Below are positions 59,100 to 61,761 of a stretch of 61,761 nt of DNA, piece by piece. How positions within the stretch are numbered: the first letter of the stretch is position 1; each line of letters begins with the position of its first letter. The translations under genes and the position numbers were made by a program. The DNA is from a virus (taxonomy: Duplodnaviria > Caudoviricetes), in the IMG/VR virus record IMGVR_UViG_3300028581_000044, positions 1 to 61,761 of that record, one strand, 5' to 3'. The notes under the pieces were generated by a model, which had not been told where the DNA came from, did not search any database, and worked only from the letters and a program-made list of their open reading frames with translations.

Positions 59100-61761
59100 T
59101 CTTCAGCTATATTATTTTCATATGTTTTTCCTAACTCTTCATCGTTTGGAAATAAAAATTTAGTATTAGAAAAAACATTTCCCAAATCTAAATCAATTTC
59201 TTTCTCTTTTTTATTTATAAAAACCTGACCTAAATCATTATCACTGGATTCCATTTCTTTATTATTGAAAACTTTACCCATATCTTCTTGTTCCGTATTT
59301 TTTCTATCCGTAACAAAAACTTGTCCCAAATCTTGATTTACATCTTTATCCTTACTACTAAACACATTACCCAAATCTAAATTTGTTTCATCTTTATCTT
59401 TGTTTCTATAAACTTCACCCATATTATTCATTTCAGGTTTTTGTGGAACATTATAAATTTGACCCATATCTTCCATTCTGTCTTTTTGTTTTCCTGTATA
59501 AACTTCACCCATATCCATTGTTTCTGGTTTATTTGTTCCGGTAAATACTTCACCCATATCTCTAGTTTCCGGTTTTTGTGTTCCGGTAAATACCGTTCCC
59601 ATATCATTTGTTTCAGGTTTATCCTTTCCAATATAAACTTGACCCATATCATTCATTTCCGGTTTTTGTGTTCCAACATAAACTTCACCCATGTTTTCTG
59701 TATTTGGTTTTTGTGTTCCAGTGAAAACTTGACCCATATCTGTTACTTCTGGTTTCTTTGTTCCAGTGAAAACTTCTCCCATATCTTTTACTTCTGGTTT
59801 CTCTGTTCCAGTGAAAACTTTACCCATGTCAGTAGTTTCTGGTTTCTCTGTTCCATTAAAGACTTTACCCATATCATTCATTTCCGGTTTATCTTTTCCA
59901 GTAAATACAGTTCCCATATCTTCAATATTCTGTTTTTCGGTTCCAACAAATACATTTCCCATATCTTCAGTATTCGGTTTTTGTGTTTCTGTAAACACTA
60001 TTCCCATATCTTCAGTATTTGGTTTTTGTGTTCCTGTAAAAACTTGTCCCATATCTGTTACTTCTGGTTTCTGGATTCCTGTAAAAACTTGTCCCATATC
60101 AGTAGTTGGTTGTTTTTCAACTGGTTGATATAATGTATTTAATTCAACAGTTTGTTTATCAGAAACATTAATATAATCAGTTCCCAAATTTGGATTCGTA
60201 TGAGTTGATTCTATGTTAACAAAATCGGTTCCAAGTTCAACTTGTTCTTTTTCAACAAAATTATTATATAATGTATTCAAAGGTACCATATTTCTTTCCG
60301 CGGTATTATCATAATCAATACCCAAACTAACACTTCTCAATTCATAAAGATTTGTAAAAACATAACCCAAATTTGATGGTTCTATAATTTTCTTACCAAA
60401 TAATGAAATATTTGGCATCGGTGGTCTAACACCAGTATTTATAAAATCATTTCCCAAATCACCATGAGTGGGTGTTCCGTCATTTTCATAATCATATCCC
60501 AAATCACCGTGAGTTGGTGTACCATTATTTTCATAATCATATCCCAAGTCATCAATTGGTGGTAATGTTATATTTTGAAAAAGATTACCCAATGGATTAT
60601 TAAGTGGTGGTTTTAAAAATAATGAAATAAATCCCAAATCACCGTGAGTTGGTGTACCGTCATTATGATAATTGTAACCAAGTTTTGGTCTTTCTCTAGG
60701 TGGTATTACCTTTTTATAAACATCACCCAATGGTTTAGGATTTTCTTTTCTTGGACTTACATATTTAAATCCCAAATTAGGCGGAACCGTTTTTATTCTT
60801 TTAGCCGGTGGTTTATCCATTAATCTTATAAATTTTCGAATTAAATCTTTTCTAGATTTTAATGGATCTATTTCTTCATATTCTTGTTCTATATCATGAT
60901 TCACATAACCGATATTATCATATGTCGAACCTAAAATATCCGGAGGAAGTATTGGAATTGGTGGTTTAAATTTTGGTATAAAATTTTGTAACATATTATT
61001 AACCAAATTGACAGCACCAAAAGCGTTTTTCAAAATATCCTTTAATTCCATCTCTCTTTCTTTTGATCTACTTAAAATATTTCTAAAATTTGTAGTGAGT
61101 GAAACGGTCCAAGGATCCTCCCATTCTTTATTATTTATAATTCTATTTCTTGAATCTCTAAGTAATGGTGTTCTTATTTCCTTTTGTATTGATTTATAAA
61201 TAATATCAAATTTTAATGTTGCAGGTGTATTATTTGCTGTAACACCATAACCACCAACTGTAACCTCATCTGTAAAATTTTTAGAATTGAAAAAATCAAA
61301 ATTACAATCATATAAACTATAAATTTGAGTTGCTTTATCATAGGCATAATCTGGTGTTTCAAAATGATTTACCAATTTCATTGTTCTCAAATCGGTAAAT
61401 CTTATCATCATTTTAAATCTCAATAAATTATCCGGTAAATTATATCTTTGATCTCTAAAATTATAAATAAAATTATTATATGCATCTACCATATAACCCA
61501 TCATCATTGTTACATCTTCAGATAGAGTTATAGTTAATTTATCTTCTGTATATTTTGGTATTTTTGCCGTTATTTTATCCAAACCGGATATTGAATTTAT
61601 ATACCAAGGCTTATTACTTTTCTTTTCATCACCACTCTTATCATCACTACTCTTAAATGATCTATTGAAAATTCTCCAAAATAAATTTATAAAAGTGTGA
61701 TAATACTCTAAGGATTTATCCATCTGATTATAATAACCACCTGTATATGTATCGAAAAAAT
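59096..61761 (-). CDS. large repeat-containing putative structural protein, probably starting beyond the window
   Basis: Frame is open to the window end; 15-aa DMGxVFTGxxKPExx repeats. Confidence 0.7.
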   Translation of the reverse strand, partial: FFDTYTGGYYNQMDKSLEYYHTFINLFWRIFNRSFKSSDDKSGDEKKSNKPWYINSISGLDKITAKIPKYTEDKLTITLSEDVTMMMGYMVDAYNNFIYNFRDQRYNLPDNLLRFKMMIRFTDLRTMKLVNHFETPDYAYDKATQIYSLYDCNFDFFNSKNFTDEVTVGGYGVTANNTPATLKFDIIYKSIQKEIRTPLLRDSRNRIINNKEWEDPWTVSLTTNFRNILSRSKEREMELKDILKNAFGAVNLVNNMLQNFIPKFKPPIPILPPDILGSTYDNIGYVNHDIEQEYEEIDPLKSRKDLIRKFIRLMDKPPAKRIKTVPPNLGFKYVSPRKENPKPLGDVYKKVIPPRERPKLGYNYHNDGTPTHGDLGFISLFLKPPLNNPLGNLFQNITLPPIDDLGYDYENNGTPTHGDLGYDYENDGTPTHGDLGNDFINTGVRPPMPNISLFGKKIIEPSNLGYVFTNLYELRSVSLGIDYDNTAERNMVPLNTLYNNFVEKEQVELGTDFVNIESTHTNPNLGTDYINVSDKQTVELNTLYQPVEKQPTTDMGQVFTGIQKPEVTDMGQVFTGTQKPNTEDMGIVFTETQKPNTEDMGNVFVGTEKQNIEDMGTVFTGKDKPEMNDMGKVFNGTEKPETTDMGKVFTGTEKPEVKDMGEVFTGTKKPEVTDMGQVFTGTQKPNTENMGEVYVGTQKPEMNDMGQVYIGKDKPETNDMGTVFTGTQKPETRDMGEVFTGTNKPETMDMGEVYTGKQKDRMEDMGQIYNVPQKPEMNNMGEVYRNKDKDETNLDLGNVFSSKDKDVNQDLGQVFVTDRKNTEQEDMGKVFNNKEMESSDNDLGQVFINKKEKEIDLDLGNVFSNTKFLFPNDEELGKTYENNIAEE
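59381..60100 (-). repeat. 45-bp coding tandem repeat, ~16 regular copies plus degenerate flanks
   Basis: DMG(Q/K/E/T)V(F/Y)TG(T/K)xKP(E/N)xx. Confidence 0.9.

Noticed and set aside
59381-60100. CRISPR array
   Set aside because: Degenerate 45-bp in-frame coding repeats with no constant repeat/unique spacer pattern and no cas genes

Overview
AT-rich, gene-dense segment of a jumbo T4-like (myovirus-type) phage genome read with the standard genetic code. The host is probably in Bacteroidota, inferred from TAnnTTTG promoters and host-like GroEL, PanD and LruC genes. Phage markers include gp25 and gp5-like baseplate genes, a gp44-like clamp loader, a gp46/SbcC-like ATPase, a DinG-like helicase and a Dam methylase. 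Auxiliary genes include folA, a PanD fusion, KamA, fcl, a SET domain, Nudix enzymes, putative ADP-ribosyltransferases, GroEL and a complete NitT/TauT-type ABC operon. Highlights: (1) a single-chain type IIA topoisomerase fractured by a split intein, with a free-standing endonuclease between the halves and a duplicated block in IntN; (2) repeated, unannotated cassettes of tiny ribbon-helix-helix-like genes coupled to unrelated homing endonucleases; (3) an ncRNA island containing a tmRNA with a 35-aa tag and an unknown ~283-nt structured RNA; (4) about 14 proteins with a T4 capsid-targeting-like N-terminal peptide; (5) an in-frame TGA in the ABC binding protein-OmpA gene. All calls come from reading motifs by eye; no searches were run.
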